Assembly (NCBI GenBank): GCA_900617105.1
Contig: UYFQ01000001.1
Location: forward strand, 744,001 to 808,000
Source: Hydrurus foetidus
Taxonomy: Eukaryota
DNA: 64,000 bases
Direction of reading: 5' to 3'
Part shown: positions 51,143 through 60,765 of the stretch, in pieces
How positions within the stretch are numbered: position 1 is the stretch's first letter
Layout of the letters: every line of letters begins with the position of its first letter
Notes under the pieces: generated by a model
Databases searched by the model: none
What the model was told of the DNA's origin: nothing
Seen by the model: the letters and a program-made list of their open reading frames with translations, nothing else
Translations under genes and position numbers: made by a program

Positions 51143-52867
51143 ATGAAAACACAACTCGCTGGCCACCTCATCGTCGATTGTTTAATTGCCCAGGGCGTGA
51201 CGCACGCTTTTGGCGTACCAGGGGAGAGCTATCTGGCGGTGCTTGATGGCTTTCACGCCTACCCGGAGCAGATTCAGTTCATCACCTGCCGCCAAGAGGG
51301 CGGTGCGGCTTTCATGGCCGAGGCGCAGGGCAAGCTGAGCAACCGCCCCGGCGTGTGCTTTGTGACGCGGGGGCCGGGGGCGACGAATGCATCGATCGGC
51401 ATCCACACCGCGTACCAAGACTCCACGCCGATGGTGCTGTTCGTGGGCGATGTGGCCATCGACACGCGCGACCGCGAAGCCTTCCAAGAGGTGGATTTTT
51501 GCAGCTTCTTTGGCCCCAGCACCAAGGGCATGGCCAAGCGGGTAGAGCGCATTGATGACGCGAAGCGCATCCCCGAATACATCGCCCGCGCTTTCGCAAC
51601 CGCCATGAATGGCCGCCCTGGCCCGGTCGTGCTGGTGCTGCCCGAAGACATGCTGACCCAGATGGTGACGGCGGCCCCCCTGCCGCGCGTAGATGCGGTT
51701 GAAGCCTGGAGCGCCCCTGGCAGCTTGCGCTATCTGCGTGAGCTGCTCCTGAAATCAGAGCGTCCATTCGTGATCGCGGGCGGTGGCGGCTGGACGGTGC
51801 AGGCCGCGCAGGCTTTGCAGCGCTTTGCCGAGAATTGGAAGCTGCCGGTGGGCAACGCTTTTCGTTTTCAAGACACGTTCGACAACCACCATCCGTTGTA
51901 TGCGGGCGACGTTGGCATTGGTCTTAACCCCAAACTCGCAGCACGCATCAAGGCCAGCGACCTCATCATCGCTATCGGCCCACGCCTGGGTGAGATGACG
52001 ACGGGTGGCTACACGCTGCTGACCCCTCCTAAAACGGCGCAAAAGCTGGTGCATATCCACGCCAGTGCCGAAGAGTTGAACCGCGTCTTCCATGCCGATT
52101 TGGCCATCAATGCCAGCATGAGCGCGGCCGCCCGTTCGTTGGAGGTGCTGACCGCGCCGCCCACCGTGGTGTGGGAAGACTGGTCTGCTGCGGCGAACGC
52201 TGACTATGTGGCGAATCTGGTGCCGCAAAAGTTACCCGGCGTGGACGGCGATACGACACGGGGTGTCGTGGACATGCCGGCCATCATCGAGTCGTTGCAA
52301 AAACACCTGCCTGATGACGCGGTACTGACCAACGGCGCAGGTAATTTCGCCAGCTGGGTTCACCGCTACTTCAAACACCACGGTTTGGTGAAAGGCTTTA
52401 AAACCCAGTTGGCACCCACGGTGGGCAGCATGGGGTATGGCGTACCTGCGGGTATTGCAGCCAGCATCATCACAGGCCGCACGGTGTTCACGATCGCCGG
52501 GGATGGCGACTTTTTGATGAACGGCCAAGAGCTGGCCACAGCCGTGCAGCATGGCGGCAAAACCATCATCGTGCTTCTCAACAACGGCATGTACGGCACG
52601 ATTCGGATGCACCAAGAGCGCGAATACCCAACCAACCAAAGTGGTACCCGCCTGCAAAACCCAGATTTTGCCGCTTTGGCACGGGCTTATGGCTATGCCG
52701 GTGTGCGCATCACCAAGACAGCAGAGTTTGAGCCGGAATTGCTGGCCGCGCTAGCGCGGGATGTTGGCACGGTGATTGAGGTGATGCTTGACCCAGAAGT
52801 CATCACCACGCGGGGCACGCTGAGCGCGATCACGAAACAAGCGCAAGAGGCTCAATTCAATCAGTAA
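51143..52867 (+). CDS. Thiamine pyrophosphate-dependent enzyme (acetolactate synthase large-subunit-like)
   Basis: FGVPGESY, RQEGGAAF, TRGPGATN, GDGDF...NNGMYG. Confidence 0.9.
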   Translation: MKTQLAGHLIVDCLIAQGVTHAFGVPGESYLAVLDGFHAYPEQIQFITCRQEGGAAFMAEAQGKLSNRPGVCFVTRGPGATNASIGIHTAYQDSTPMVLFVGDVAIDTRDREAFQEVDFCSFFGPSTKGMAKRVERIDDAKRIPEYIARAFATAMNGRPGPVVLVLPEDMLTQMVTAAPLPRVDAVEAWSAPGSLRYLRELLLKSERPFVIAGGGGWTVQAAQALQRFAENWKLPVGNAFRFQDTFDNHHPLYAGDVGIGLNPKLAARIKASDLIIAIGPRLGEMTTGGYTLLTPPKTAQKLVHIHASAEELNRVFHADLAINASMSAAARSLEVLTAPPTVVWEDWSAAANADYVANLVPQKLPGVDGDTTRGVVDMPAIIESLQKHLPDDAVLTNGAGNFASWVHRYFKHHGLVKGFKTQLAPTVGSMGYGVPAGIAASIITGRTVFTIAGDGDFLMNGQELATAVQHGGKTIIVLLNNGMYGTIRMHQEREYPTNQSGTRLQNPDFAALARAYGYAGVRITKTAEFEPELLAALARDVGTVIEVMLDPEVITTRGTLSAITKQAQEAQFNQ

Positions 52868-52936
52868 AAGCCTGATTAAACGGAGCCTCGGTCGCCCTGG
52901 TTATCGTTGTTCCCGGGGCGTGTGATGCTGCGCGGA

Positions 52937-54673
52937 TTACTTCACAACGATGGAAAGCCCTCGTCCGCGTGGATCGGACGCGGCCTCAACTTTCCCATTC
53001 TTGATGCTGATGGCTTGAACGTCGGTGTCGTAAAAATTAGTCGTCACCGTGTAGCCTCTGGCTTTCAGTTGCTGTGCGAGATCAGGCGGAATCGGGGAGT
53101 AAGGCTCGCCTTCGAGTGCCCCTCCTTGAGGCAGTTGATGGTGAAAGCGGCGCGTGCCCACTGCATCGGTCAGGCCCATTTTGTAGTCATAGAAATTGGC
53201 CAGTACTTGATAGACCGACGTGAAGATGCGCGAGCCACCCGGGGTGCCGATGACCATCGTGGGCAAGCCGTCTTTAAGCACGATGGTGGGTGACATGGAT
53301 GACAGTGGCCGTTTACCGGGTGCTACGGCGTTCGCGTCACCACCGACAACACCGAAGATGTTGGGCTGACCTGGAACGGTGGCAAAGTCATCCATTTCAC
53401 AGTTGAGCGCGAAGCCTCCGCCACGTACCACCACACCGCTGCCGTAGGGGGCATTAAGGGTGTAGGTGTTCGATACGGCATTGCCCCACTTGTCTACGAC
53501 TGAGTAATGCGTGGTGTGAAATTTCGGATTTCCGGGTTTAGCGTTGGCCGTTGGCGTGATTGCGTTGGGGTTCACCTCTGCGGCTCGGCTGGTAATGTAG
53601 CTGGCTTCAATCAGTCCTTTAGTCGGCACTTTGACAAACCCGGGATCGCCTAAATACTCGGCTCGATCAGCAAATACACGCTTCATCATTTCAGCGTTGA
53701 GGTGCATGTACTGCATGCTGTTGTGTGCAACACCGGAAAACACGCCGTTTGCCAGATTCGCTTTCATGCCCAAAAGCTGCGCCAATGCGATGCCTCCAGA
53801 GCTGGGCGGCGGTGCCGTCAGCACTTGCATGCCATTCCAGTCAAAGCTCAACGGCTCGCGCCAAACGACCGAATAGTTGGCCAAGTCGGCTTTGGTGATG
53901 ACGCCCTTGCCGCCGTCTTGTTTCATCGCTGCCACGAGCAGGTCTGCGGTTTGACCTTTATAGAATTCATCCACGCCATTGGCCGCGATGCGTTTCAGGG
54001 TGGCGGCCAGTTCGGGTTGTTTGAGGACTTCGCCAGCACGCATCGAACCAAAATACTCTTTGAGATTGGCCGGGTAGGGCGCGCTTCCAAATGCACCCTC
54101 TGCAAAGTCCCGCCAAGATACTTCTTCTTTGGACACCACATGGCCCTGTTCGGCGAGTGCGACCGCCGGTGCAATCACTTGCTGCCAGGTGAGGAGGCCG
54201 AACTTTTTGTGCGCTTCCCACATTCCACGCACCGTGCCCGGAACGGCAACCGATTGGGCACCTCGCAAGCTGCTGAGCGGATCTTGCTTGCCATCTGCTC
54301 CCACAAATTGCATGAAGAATTTTGCATCGGTGGCCGCTGGCGCAGTTTCGCGGTAGTCGAGAAAATAAGCCTTCTTGTCGAGGTAGATATTCATGAATCC
54401 ACCACCGCCCAAATTGCCTGCTTCAGGATAAGTCACTGCAAGCGCGAACGCAGTCGCCACTGCCGCATCCACTGCATTGCCACCATCGTTCAGAATGCGC
54501 TCAGCAGCCAGTGCGCTGTAGCGATCTCCTGAGGCGACTGCGCCTGCCGTAAAAGCTGGCGTGACAGTGGCTGCTGGCGTGTCGCCACCTCCGCTGCCGC
54601 AAGCGCTGAGGCCAAAGGCAATGGCCGCACCAGCAAGACTTAACCATTCACGGCGACGTAAATCAAACTTCAT
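52937..54673 (-). CDS. ggt: Gamma-glutamyltransferase, predicted Tat lipoprotein
   Basis: RRREWL...LSAC signal, GGNAVDAA, DYRETAP, catalytic HTTHYSVVD, RPLSSMSP. Confidence 0.93.
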   Translation of the reverse strand: MKFDLRRREWLSLAGAAIAFGLSACGSGGGDTPAATVTPAFTAGAVASGDRYSALAAERILNDGGNAVDAAVATAFALAVTYPEAGNLGGGGFMNIYLDKKAYFLDYRETAPAATDAKFFMQFVGADGKQDPLSSLRGAQSVAVPGTVRGMWEAHKKFGLLTWQQVIAPAVALAEQGHVVSKEEVSWRDFAEGAFGSAPYPANLKEYFGSMRAGEVLKQPELAATLKRIAANGVDEFYKGQTADLLVAAMKQDGGKGVITKADLANYSVVWREPLSFDWNGMQVLTAPPPSSGGIALAQLLGMKANLANGVFSGVAHNSMQYMHLNAEMMKRVFADRAEYLGDPGFVKVPTKGLIEASYITSRAAEVNPNAITPTANAKPGNPKFHTTHYSVVDKWGNAVSNTYTLNAPYGSGVVVRGGGFALNCEMDDFATVPGQPNIFGVVGGDANAVAPGKRPLSSMSPTIVLKDGLPTMVIGTPGGSRIFTSVYQVLANFYDYKMGLTDAVGTRRFHHQLPQGGALEGEPYSPIPPDLAQQLKARGYTVTTNFYDTDVQAISIKNGKVEAASDPRGRGLSIVVK

Positions 54674-54820
54674 AGGGTTTCCTTCTAATTGATCGTAAAA
54701 GTGCTGCTTGCAATTTGATGTGCCACATAATCTGTAGCCCTAAAACATGCAAGTGCACTTTATGAGTCGCACCGTTAGTCGTCCAGCGAGTTCTTTTCAT
54801 GGCTGGCATTACAAATCGTC

Positions 54821-55765
54821 ATGGACACCCGACAACTCGAATATTTCATTGCTCTGGCATCCTGGGGGTCGTTTACCCGAGCCGCCGACGCGCTGTGCAT
54901 CACTCAAAGTGCGCTCAGCAAAAGCATCATTGCTCTTGAGGATGCGCTCGGTTCAAAATTGGTTGATCGCCTGGGGCGCATTGTTGTGCTTACCCCGGTG
55001 GGTGAACGTGTTTTGGTTCGTGCAAAAAGCTTGGTGGTCGACACAGACAATCTCATCCAAGATGTTGTGCGCTGCCGTGACGAAATGGACGGTGTATTTC
55101 GTTTGGGGCTTGGAGCAGGGCCGGGTGCTTCAATGGGTGTGGCACTGATTGAGCACTTCACCAAAACACACCCTTCGCTACGCTTGAAAATCAGGCGCGG
55201 CGATGGCGCGGCGCTTGTGCATGATGTGCGTGAGCGCTACATCGATGCTTTGATCGTTGACAGTCGCAGTGTGACACCATCCTCTGATTTGCAAATAGAA
55301 CCACTCGGTGTGCTGCAAGCCGGTGCAATTTGCCGCCCTAAGCATCCACTGGCGGCCGAAAAGGAGGTGACTTTCGATCAGATTCTGAGGTATCCCATTT
55401 TTTCCACGTCTGTGACCGACGAAGTGTCGCGTTTGTTGGTGACGCAATTCGGCATGTGGGCAGAACCCCGACAATCCGTTCGCATTGAGTGTGAAGAACT
55501 CGAAATGCTCGTCGGCGCCGTCATGAAAACGGACGGTATTTTTTTGGGCGTGATCGCCGCTGCAGCCGAGGCTGTCCATGAAGGAACCTTAACGTTGCTC
55601 CCTGTGCGACCCGCATTTGACCCGTCAATTTCATCGATTCCGATTGCTTCAGTGCGTCTTGCTGCACGTTCAGAGTCCGCAGCGGAAGTCGCAACACGAC
55701 ATTTTGCAAAGCAATTTTTTACCCATCTGCCTTGGTTCACGGGCACGCTGGCTACCTCAGCGTAA
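54821..55765 (+). CDS. LysR-family transcriptional regulator, divergent from ggt
   Basis: GSFTRAADALCITQSALSKSI..LE..LG HTH. Confidence 0.93.
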   Translation: MDTRQLEYFIALASWGSFTRAADALCITQSALSKSIIALEDALGSKLVDRLGRIVVLTPVGERVLVRAKSLVVDTDNLIQDVVRCRDEMDGVFRLGLGAGPGASMGVALIEHFTKTHPSLRLKIRRGDGAALVHDVRERYIDALIVDSRSVTPSSDLQIEPLGVLQAGAICRPKHPLAAEKEVTFDQILRYPIFSTSVTDEVSRLLVTQFGMWAEPRQSVRIECEELEMLVGAVMKTDGIFLGVIAAAAEAVHEGTLTLLPVRPAFDPSISSIPIASVRLAARSESAAEVATRHFAKQFFTHLPWFTGTLATSA

Positions 55766-57415
55766 GCCTGATCCAGGCCGCCGCGCCAATGCTCTTTGGG
55801 TAGCTTGGCGGCTGGCTTGGCTCAGGCCCAGTTCAGCATCTGCGCTCAGTGTGGCCAGTGCTTTTTTCACCTCTGCCGGCGTGTCGGCAGCGGATGCTGG
55901 TGGCGTTATGCCGCGTGTGAAGATGTCGGTGCGGTTGCTGTCATCAAGGCTGCTGACGGCCAACACGGGCATGAAATTGCCGCCAACACTCAGCAAGCTG
56001 GCGTAGTCCCCCAAGAAAAGCCCGCCTGCATCGGGCGCGTGGTTCAAGTCAAACGGATTCCAGATGTTGGTTTCTGACCAGTTCACTCCATCACGCGACG
56101 TTGCCAGCCAAGCGCTGGTCAGCAGGGTGCTGGCATCCGACGTATCGGCCCGCAAATCGTAATAGCTCACGCCTACGGTGCCGTCGGCATTCACGGCGAT
56201 GCTGGGCGTGAAGGCGGCCACGTCGGTGTGGCTGTTGATGGCGATGGGCGTGCTCCAGCTGATGCCGCCATTGTCCGAATGACTCAGCGCAATCGCATCC
56301 CTTTTACCTCCTGAAAATCGTGCGTCTTGCCAAGTGAGCCAAAGCTTGCCGCTAGCGCTTGCCACGATGAAACCGAAAGGCACGCTGTCGCGGATCGCCT
56401 TGCCGGTTTGGGGGGCGAATGAGCCTGCACCTTGCATCGTGGCAATGCGGATCGGTGCCGACCAGCTGAGGCCTTTGTCGCGCGAGCGAATGACCCCCAG
56501 CCATGCGGTTGATTGCTGGCCTACGGTGTCGATGGTGGTAAAAGAGTTGACCAGCGTGCCATCGGGCAGCACCACAATGCGGTTGCCAATGGTTTGGCTG
56601 ATGCCGCCTGCCACGGTGGGGGTGTAAATGGCACGGCTGCGTTCCCACTGCGCACCACCATCGCTGGAGCGTGCCAGCAGCGTGGGGGCAGCGCCTTGGC
56701 TGTCGAGTTTGTTCCATACGGCGTACACGTAGCGGGCATCGGTCGCGTCAGCGGTGAGTGTGGCTTTGTCGTTAAAGCTGCCGTCGTTGTCGTTTTGAAG
56801 GGCGGTAGTGGCACTCCATGTTTGGCCATTGTCTGTAGAGCGACTGACGACAACAGCAGAGCCTGTGCTGGCCCGGGTGAAGGCGACGGACATGGCAAAC
56901 ATCACGCCCGTGGGGCCTATGTCCACCCACGGGTCACTGGCCCGCTCAAAGTCCCCCGCGCTGCCCGCCGCTGCACCGCCACAGCGTGAAAACGGCATCA
57001 AGCGCCGCGCCCATGTGGCCCCACCGTCCAGCGATACCGCCGTCACGGTGGCGAGGGCACCACTGCTGCTCCAGCGGTCTTGCTGCCATGCGGCCAGCAG
57101 CACTTTGGCGTTGCCGGGGTGAACGGCAGCAGAGGGTTCCACTTCGGCATTGCGGTACAGCAGGCCCGATGTGGCACCACCGGTGCAGCCCGCAGCGATA
57201 AGGCTGTCTGCACTCAGTCGGGTGGCAGGCAACACGGGTGAAAGCGCTGTTGGCGCAATGGTCACAGGTGGGGTGATGGGGGTTGATTCACCACCGCCTC
57301 CACCCCCGCAGCCGTTGAGGATAAGGACGAGCAACAAGGCAGCGGCCAGCGTTGCTGTGCTGAAGTGGCGGTGGCGGGCGGTGGCAATGCGCATCGACAT
57401 GTTTTTTCCTGGCAA
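55757..57415 (-). CDS. BNR/Asp-box beta-propeller lipoprotein (sialidase-like fold)
   Basis: Lipobox LNGC; six Asp boxes (SLDGGATW, STDNGQTW, SSDGGAQW, SRDKGLSW, SDNGGISW, SRDGVNW); FLGDY. Confidence 0.8.
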   Translation of the reverse strand: MPGKNMSMRIATARHRHFSTATLAAALLLVLILNGCGGGGGGESTPITPPVTIAPTALSPVLPATRLSADSLIAAGCTGGATSGLLYRNAEVEPSAAVHPGNAKVLLAAWQQDRWSSSGALATVTAVSLDGGATWARRLMPFSRCGGAAAGSAGDFERASDPWVDIGPTGVMFAMSVAFTRASTGSAVVVSRSTDNGQTWSATTALQNDNDGSFNDKATLTADATDARYVYAVWNKLDSQGAAPTLLARSSDGGAQWERSRAIYTPTVAGGISQTIGNRIVVLPDGTLVNSFTTIDTVGQQSTAWLGVIRSRDKGLSWSAPIRIATMQGAGSFAPQTGKAIRDSVPFGFIVASASGKLWLTWQDARFSGGKRDAIALSHSDNGGISWSTPIAINSHTDVAAFTPSIAVNADGTVGVSYYDLRADTSDASTLLTSAWLATSRDGVNWSETNIWNPFDLNHAPDAGGLFLGDYASLLSVGGNFMPVLAVSSLDDSNRTDIFTRGITPPASAADTPAEVKKALATLSADAELGLSQASRQATQRALARRPGSGLR

Positions 57416-57432
57416 TTTCGTGCCATCGCATG

Positions 57433-58923
57433 CTAGCGCGGGTCGGCTTTATTGCAAAGGCTTTTGCCATTGCGAATGTCACAGCGGATAACGGGCGTGC
57501 CCATCGCGTCGTATTCGGTCAGCAGCCAATCGCTGTTGGGGCCTTCGCGGCTGTGGTCAAGCGTAGCGAACCCAAACTCAGCCCGCGAGGCGTAGTCTTC
57601 CACCACTGCGCCGGGGTAAGGCTGTGCGCCTGCGGGCAGTGATGTTGGTGGGCCGCCCTCGTTCGCGGAGCCTGCGTTGCCCAGCACCAGCGATGTGGGG
57701 TGTGCCGTCTTGAAGCTGATGGCCTCAAACACATGAATGTGACCGTGCATTGTGAGATTGATGCCCTCTGGGAACAGCCGCTCAGGATGTGATGCGCTGA
57801 AAACCGACTGCAAGCCCGCATTGCCGCCGGGTTTTACGCTGTGGCCTTCTCGCACAGAAGCAAAGGCCAGCAGGGGGTGATGGCTCATGAAAAAACTGTG
57901 TGGTTTTTGCTGTGCGAGCTGGTCAACGGTCTGTAGTTGGGCTGCATAGTGGCCGTAAGCCGCGTCTTTGGCGGTGTAAGGCTTGCCGCTGGTTTTCGCG
58001 GAATCGAACACAATGAGTTGCGTGTCTGTGGCGATTGGAACGGTGAAGGGTTGGGAATAGTCGGCTTCATTGTCCTGTGCGGGGTCATTGCACGAGCGGG
58101 CTTCGCGCCAGGGCTGCGTATCTAAAAAGCGGAACCAACCTTGCCCGGCGCGGGCGCAGGATTCGTGGTTGCCGCGCACAAACAGCCAGGGTGCGGCTTG
58201 CAGCAAGGGCTTGGCAGGTTGAAACAGATCGGCTTGCCAAGTGTCGTAACCGTAGCCCCAGGGGCTGTTGGCGCAATCGGTGTTGCCAGGTGGGCAGGGG
58301 CTTTCGCGGTAGTGGACATCGCCAATGTGGATCACCAAATCGGGCTTGGTGGCGGCTGCCTGTTGCGCAATCTGGGCAAATGGCCATTTTTGGGGATCGT
58401 TGCACGGCTGGTAAGCGTTTTCTGAGGCTTTCAGGCGGCAGCCTGTGTCGGCAATGATGACGATGCGCTGAACCGTGGCCCGGGGCGCTGGGACGGTTTG
58501 CCCGTTGATGCTGCCCACAGCAGCCCCTGCGGGCCAGTTGGCTTCACAGGTCAGCACGTCAAAACGGCTTTCTTTGCTGTCTTTTTGCAGACCATTGCCA
58601 CGCGCCGCCAGTGTGGCTGGGGCGGCGCGTTGGGTCATGGGCACGGCGGCTTTGCCATCCCACGCGATGCCGGGGCAGGTGGCAGCTTGTTGGGTATCTT
58701 GGGCACCTTGGACTAAGGCCCGAACAACAGCGCGCTGACCTTCGGCTTGGACTGTAAATACGGCATCCAGACTTGCAACGGGTTCAGGGATCGGGCTGCT
58801 GGGGCTGGTGACGGCGCAGCCTGCCAGCATCAACACGGGGGCCAAAACGGTGACCAGCGCTGCGGGCAACGCGCACGAGGTGATGCGAACGTACAAAGGA
58901 AACATAAGAGACTTTGAAGACAT
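57433..58923 (-). CDS. Calcineurin-like metallophosphoesterase, lipoprotein
   Basis: Lipobox LAGC; ADTG, GDVHY, GNHE, HHP and GHIH metal motifs. Confidence 0.88.
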   Translation of the reverse strand: MSSKSLMFPLYVRITSCALPAALVTVLAPVLMLAGCAVTSPSSPIPEPVASLDAVFTVQAEGQRAVVRALVQGAQDTQQAATCPGIAWDGKAAVPMTQRAAPATLAARGNGLQKDSKESRFDVLTCEANWPAGAAVGSINGQTVPAPRATVQRIVIIADTGCRLKASENAYQPCNDPQKWPFAQIAQQAAATKPDLVIHIGDVHYRESPCPPGNTDCANSPWGYGYDTWQADLFQPAKPLLQAAPWLFVRGNHESCARAGQGWFRFLDTQPWREARSCNDPAQDNEADYSQPFTVPIATDTQLIVFDSAKTSGKPYTAKDAAYGHYAAQLQTVDQLAQQKPHSFFMSHHPLLAFASVREGHSVKPGGNAGLQSVFSASHPERLFPEGINLTMHGHIHVFEAISFKTAHPTSLVLGNAGSANEGGPPTSLPAGAQPYPGAVVEDYASRAEFGFATLDHSREGPNSDWLLTEYDAMGTPVIRCDIRNGKSLCNKADPR

Positions 58924-58968
58924 GAAGCGTGAGCGGTTGTAACCCGCATGGTTCGGGCCTGTCAGGGT

Positions 58969-59700
58969 TTACAGGCAAGCCACCCAAATCTGGTAGCTGC
59001 CGTCTTTGCCCAGCAATCCGGCGGGTGGGGGTGGATAGTTGGCAGACTGTACCGCCTTGACTGCAGCCCGGTCTGCTGCACCCAGACCACTGGTTTGCAC
59101 CACCCGAATGCCTGCTACGGCCCCATCACGCAGCGCGAATTCAACCCTGGTGCGCCCCTTGAACCCCAATGCTTCAGCCGCTGCGGGCACTTCGAAGGCG
59201 GCTTGCACCGCTGCGGCCAGCTTGGCGTTGTAGGCCGCAGCCAAGTCAACGGCAGGTGCCGGTGGCGGTTGAACAGGGGCGGGTGGTGGTGGTGCTGGAT
59301 GTGGAGGGGCCGTCGCTGCTGCGGACGGGGAGGGGGCTGCCATTGCCGTTGTTGGCGTGTCGGGTACAGGGGGGGCTGTGGGAACTGGTGATGCGGAATG
59401 TGCTGGGGGCACCTGTGGCACAGATGGTTGGGGCACCGCTGTGCGGGGTGCTTGCTTGGTCACTGGCAGAGGTTGTGGCAAGGGCGGGGCAGGCGGTTTT
59501 TCCTGTACCTGTGCGGTGACAGGTGGCAGTTCTAAGGTCAGTTGAACAACCGTTTCTGGCGGTTGGGGCGGGTGGGTTGCCAGCCAGGCGATGATGACAC
59601 CCACTACAGCCGCTTCGATGCCCAGTGCCGAGCCAAAAGCTTGCCATTGCCGTGATGGCCGCGATTGACGTGGCTTTGGCGTGAGTACGAAGGTCGTCAT
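58969..59700 (-). CDS. tonB: Energy transducer TonB
   Basis: TM anchor, Pro-rich linker, TonB C-terminal domain (TSG...DRAAVKAV). Confidence 0.8.
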   Translation of the reverse strand: MTTFVLTPKPRQSRPSRQWQAFGSALGIEAAVVGVIIAWLATHPPQPPETVVQLTLELPPVTAQVQEKPPAPPLPQPLPVTKQAPRTAVPQPSVPQVPPAHSASPVPTAPPVPDTPTTAMAAPSPSAAATAPPHPAPPPPAPVQPPPAPAVDLAAAYNAKLAAAVQAAFEVPAAAEALGFKGRTRVEFALRDGAVAGIRVVQTSGLGAADRAAVKAVQSANYPPPPAGLLGKDGSYQIWVACL

Positions 59701-60092
59701 TTCGGAGTCTGACGGGCTGCCAAGCCAATCTGCGTGGCACCGCCTGAGCGCACGGCGTCGATCACGACCATGACCTGTTGCAGCGAGGCATCTTCACTGC
59801 CTGCTACCGTCACCGCCAGTTTGGCTGCATCACGCGAGCGCACCAAGGTGCTAATTTGTGCAGCCGTAACCACCTTGCCCTCCGCAAACAACTCACCGCC
59901 GCTGTGGATTTCCACCAACAGCTTGGGTGGTGGCAATGCACTGGCGGTGGTGCTGCCGGGCAGTTTGGAGACGTGGCCGGTGGTGGGGATCATGCGCAGC
60001 GTCAGCATGGCAAAAAACACCAGCAGGAACAGCATGATGTCGATCATCGGGATGATTTCGATGCGTGCTTTTCGGGTTTCAAAATAGCGCAC
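59697..60092 (-). CDS. exbD: ExbD/TolR family protein
   Basis: IEIIPMIDIMLFLLVFF. Confidence 0.92.
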   Translation of the reverse strand: MRYFETRKARIEIIPMIDIMLFLLVFFAMLTLRMIPTTGHVSKLPGSTTASALPPPKLLVEIHSGGELFAEGKVVTAAQISTLVRSRDAAKLAVTVAGSEDASLQQVMVVIDAVRSGGATQIGLAARQTPK

Positions 60093-60094
60093 GG

Positions 60095-60763
60095 TCAGGC
60101 TGCTTTCAAGCTGGGGCGTGAGGCAACCACCACAGGTGCGCCGGATGATGTGCCGAAGCGGCGGTTCAGCAACATGATCTTGATGGTTTCCATCTGGTGA
60201 ACGATGGTGCGCACTTTGGTGTTGAGCCCGTTGAAGAACACCAGCCCAATCATGGCGATCAGCAGGCCCGAGGCTGTGGCGATCAAAGCTTCCGCGATGC
60301 CGCCTGTGACTTGGGCGGCACCGTTTTGCACATCACCCAGCACCGAGAAGGCACCGAACATACCCACAATCGTGCCAAACAGGCCCAGCAACGGGGCCAG
60401 CGTGATGACGGTATCGAGCACCCACAGCGAACTGTCCAGCGTGGGCACCTCTCGCATCACGGCTTCCTCCAGGTGGCCGGCGCAGGTGTCGCGCTCGGCG
60501 CTGGAGGGCTCTATCAGCGCAGCCTGGAACAAGCTGACGTGGGGCAGCTTGGCATGCCTGAGCAAGGCCTGTTGCACGGTATCGGTGTGCAAGGGGGCAT
60601 TGGCGTTCAGCAGGCCCATCAGCTCAACGCCGCCTTGCTGCATTCTGGACAGGTAGAGGCTGCGTTCAATGATGACGGTCAATGCCGCCAGCATCAGCAA
60701 TGCCATCAGGTACAACGTGCCGCCAGATGCGTTGGCCAGCTCAATGAGTTTGCTCAGCGTCAT
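60095..60763 (-). CDS. exbB: ExbB/TolQ/MotA family protein
   Basis: APLLGLFGTIVGM, GIAEALIATASGL. Confidence 0.92.
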   Translation of the reverse strand: MTLSKLIELANASGGTLYLMALLMLAALTVIIERSLYLSRMQQGGVELMGLLNANAPLHTDTVQQALLRHAKLPHVSLFQAALIEPSSAERDTCAGHLEEAVMREVPTLDSSLWVLDTVITLAPLLGLFGTIVGMFGAFSVLGDVQNGAAQVTGGIAEALIATASGLLIAMIGLVFFNGLNTKVRTIVHQMETIKIMLLNRRFGTSSGAPVVVASRPSLKAA

Positions 60764-60765
60764 GG

